From positions 8,917 through 72,916 of the forward strand of contig NW_021835463.1 in assembly GCF_006345805.1 (NCBI RefSeq): a DNA stretch of 64,000 bases, read 5' to 3'. This DNA comes from Octopus sinensis. Taxonomy: Eukaryota. This document shows positions 63,031 through 64,000 of this stretch, in pieces (the first letter of the stretch is position 1; the number at the start of each line of letters is the position of its first letter). Both the position numbers and the translations under genes were made by a program. A model generated the notes under the pieces. It was not told the DNA's origin. It ran no database searches and saw only the letters and a list, made by a program, of their open reading frames with translations.

Positions 63031-63765
63031 TGTAAGGGAGGTAACTTTTGAAGATTTTCTTATATATCTCTAGGAGATTTACTCCCCTAGAATATTTCAA
63101 TTTAATAATAGATAATAGTAATTCAATTAGATGTAAGGGAGGTAACTCTGGAAGATCTTTTAGTTATCTCCCTTTCTAGAGTTACTCCCCTTGAAAATTT
63201 CAATTTAACAATACATTCTAGAGTTACTCCCCTTGAAAATTTCAATTTAACAATACATAATAGTAATTTAATTAGATATAAGGGAGGTAACTTTGGAAGA
63301 TTTTTTAGTTATCTTTCTTTGTAGAGAACTAAAAAATCTTCCAGAGTTACCTCCCTTACATCTAATGAAATTAATATGTATTATTAAATTGAAATGTTCA
63401 AGGGGAGTAACTCTTGAAAGGGAGATAACTAAAAAAAAAATCTTTCAGAGTTACCTCCCTTACATCTAATTAAATTACTATTGTGTTATTAGATTGAAGT
63501 ATTCAAGGGGAGTAAATCTTCCTTCCTAGAGTTACTCCTCTTGAATACATCAATTTAATAACAAATAATAGTAATTGAATTAAATGTAAGGGAGGTAACC
63601 CTGGAAGAGTTTTTTTAGTTATCTCCCTTTCTAGAGTTACTTCCCTTGAACATTTCAATTTAATAATACATAATAGTAATTTAATTAGATGAAAGGGAGG
63701 TAACCCTGGAAGAGTTTTTTTAGTTATCTCCCTTTCTAGAGTTACTCCCCTCGCATATTATTAAA
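63030..63765. repeat. Telomere-adjacent array of ~100-bp quasi-palindromic units in direct and inverted orientation
   Basis: AAGGGAGGTAACTCTGGAAGA..TTTAGTTATCTCCCTTTCTAGAGTTACTCCCCT is repeated; ~63326-63520 is inverted relative to the flanking units. Confidence 0.85.
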
Positions 63766-64000
63766 TTAGGGTTAAGGGTTTGGGTTGGGGTTGGGTTAGG
63801 GTTAGGGTTGGGTTAGGGTTGGGTTAGGGTTAGGTTAGGGTTAGGGTAGGGTTAGGGTTGGGTTAGGGTTAGGGTTGGTTAGGGTTAGGGTTAGGGTTAG
63901 GGTTAGGGTTGGGTTAGGGTTAGGGTTAGGGTTAGGGTTAGGGTTAGGGTTAGGGTTAGGGTTGGGGTTGGGGTTGGGGTTAGGGTTAGGGTTAGGGTTA
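63766..64000 (+). repeat. Telomeric (TTAGGG)n array with TTGGG/TTGGGG variants; probable chromosome end
   Basis: Continuous TTAGGG-type units to the last base, with the G-rich strand running 5'->3' toward the window end. Whether the contig ends shortly beyond cannot be seen. Confidence 0.92.

Overview
Eukaryotic, AT-rich animal DNA. The SINE and repeat sequences look like Octopus/cephalopod (my recognition, not a database result). The window appears to end at a chromosome tip. 1-27.7 kb: the 3' exons of an inosine/uridine-preferring nucleoside hydrolase gene, whose terminal exon is present as two intact diverged copies (4967-5293 and 9257-9580), among decayed transposons (mariner, Helitron, RLE-type/HERO-like LINE, hAT, RTE, Tc1, Gypsy LTR, Penelope, tRNA-SINEs). 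28.3-64 kb: a subtelomere built of duplicated mosaic blocks, an internal degenerate TTAGGG tract (36708-36768) fused to a 34-bp minisatellite, a ~14.9-kb G-rich 15-bp satellite with higher-order repeats (43456-58348), and a terminal (TTAGGG)n array (63766-64000). Most short ORFs in the supplied track are repeat artefacts. Repeat boundaries were read by eye and are approximate.
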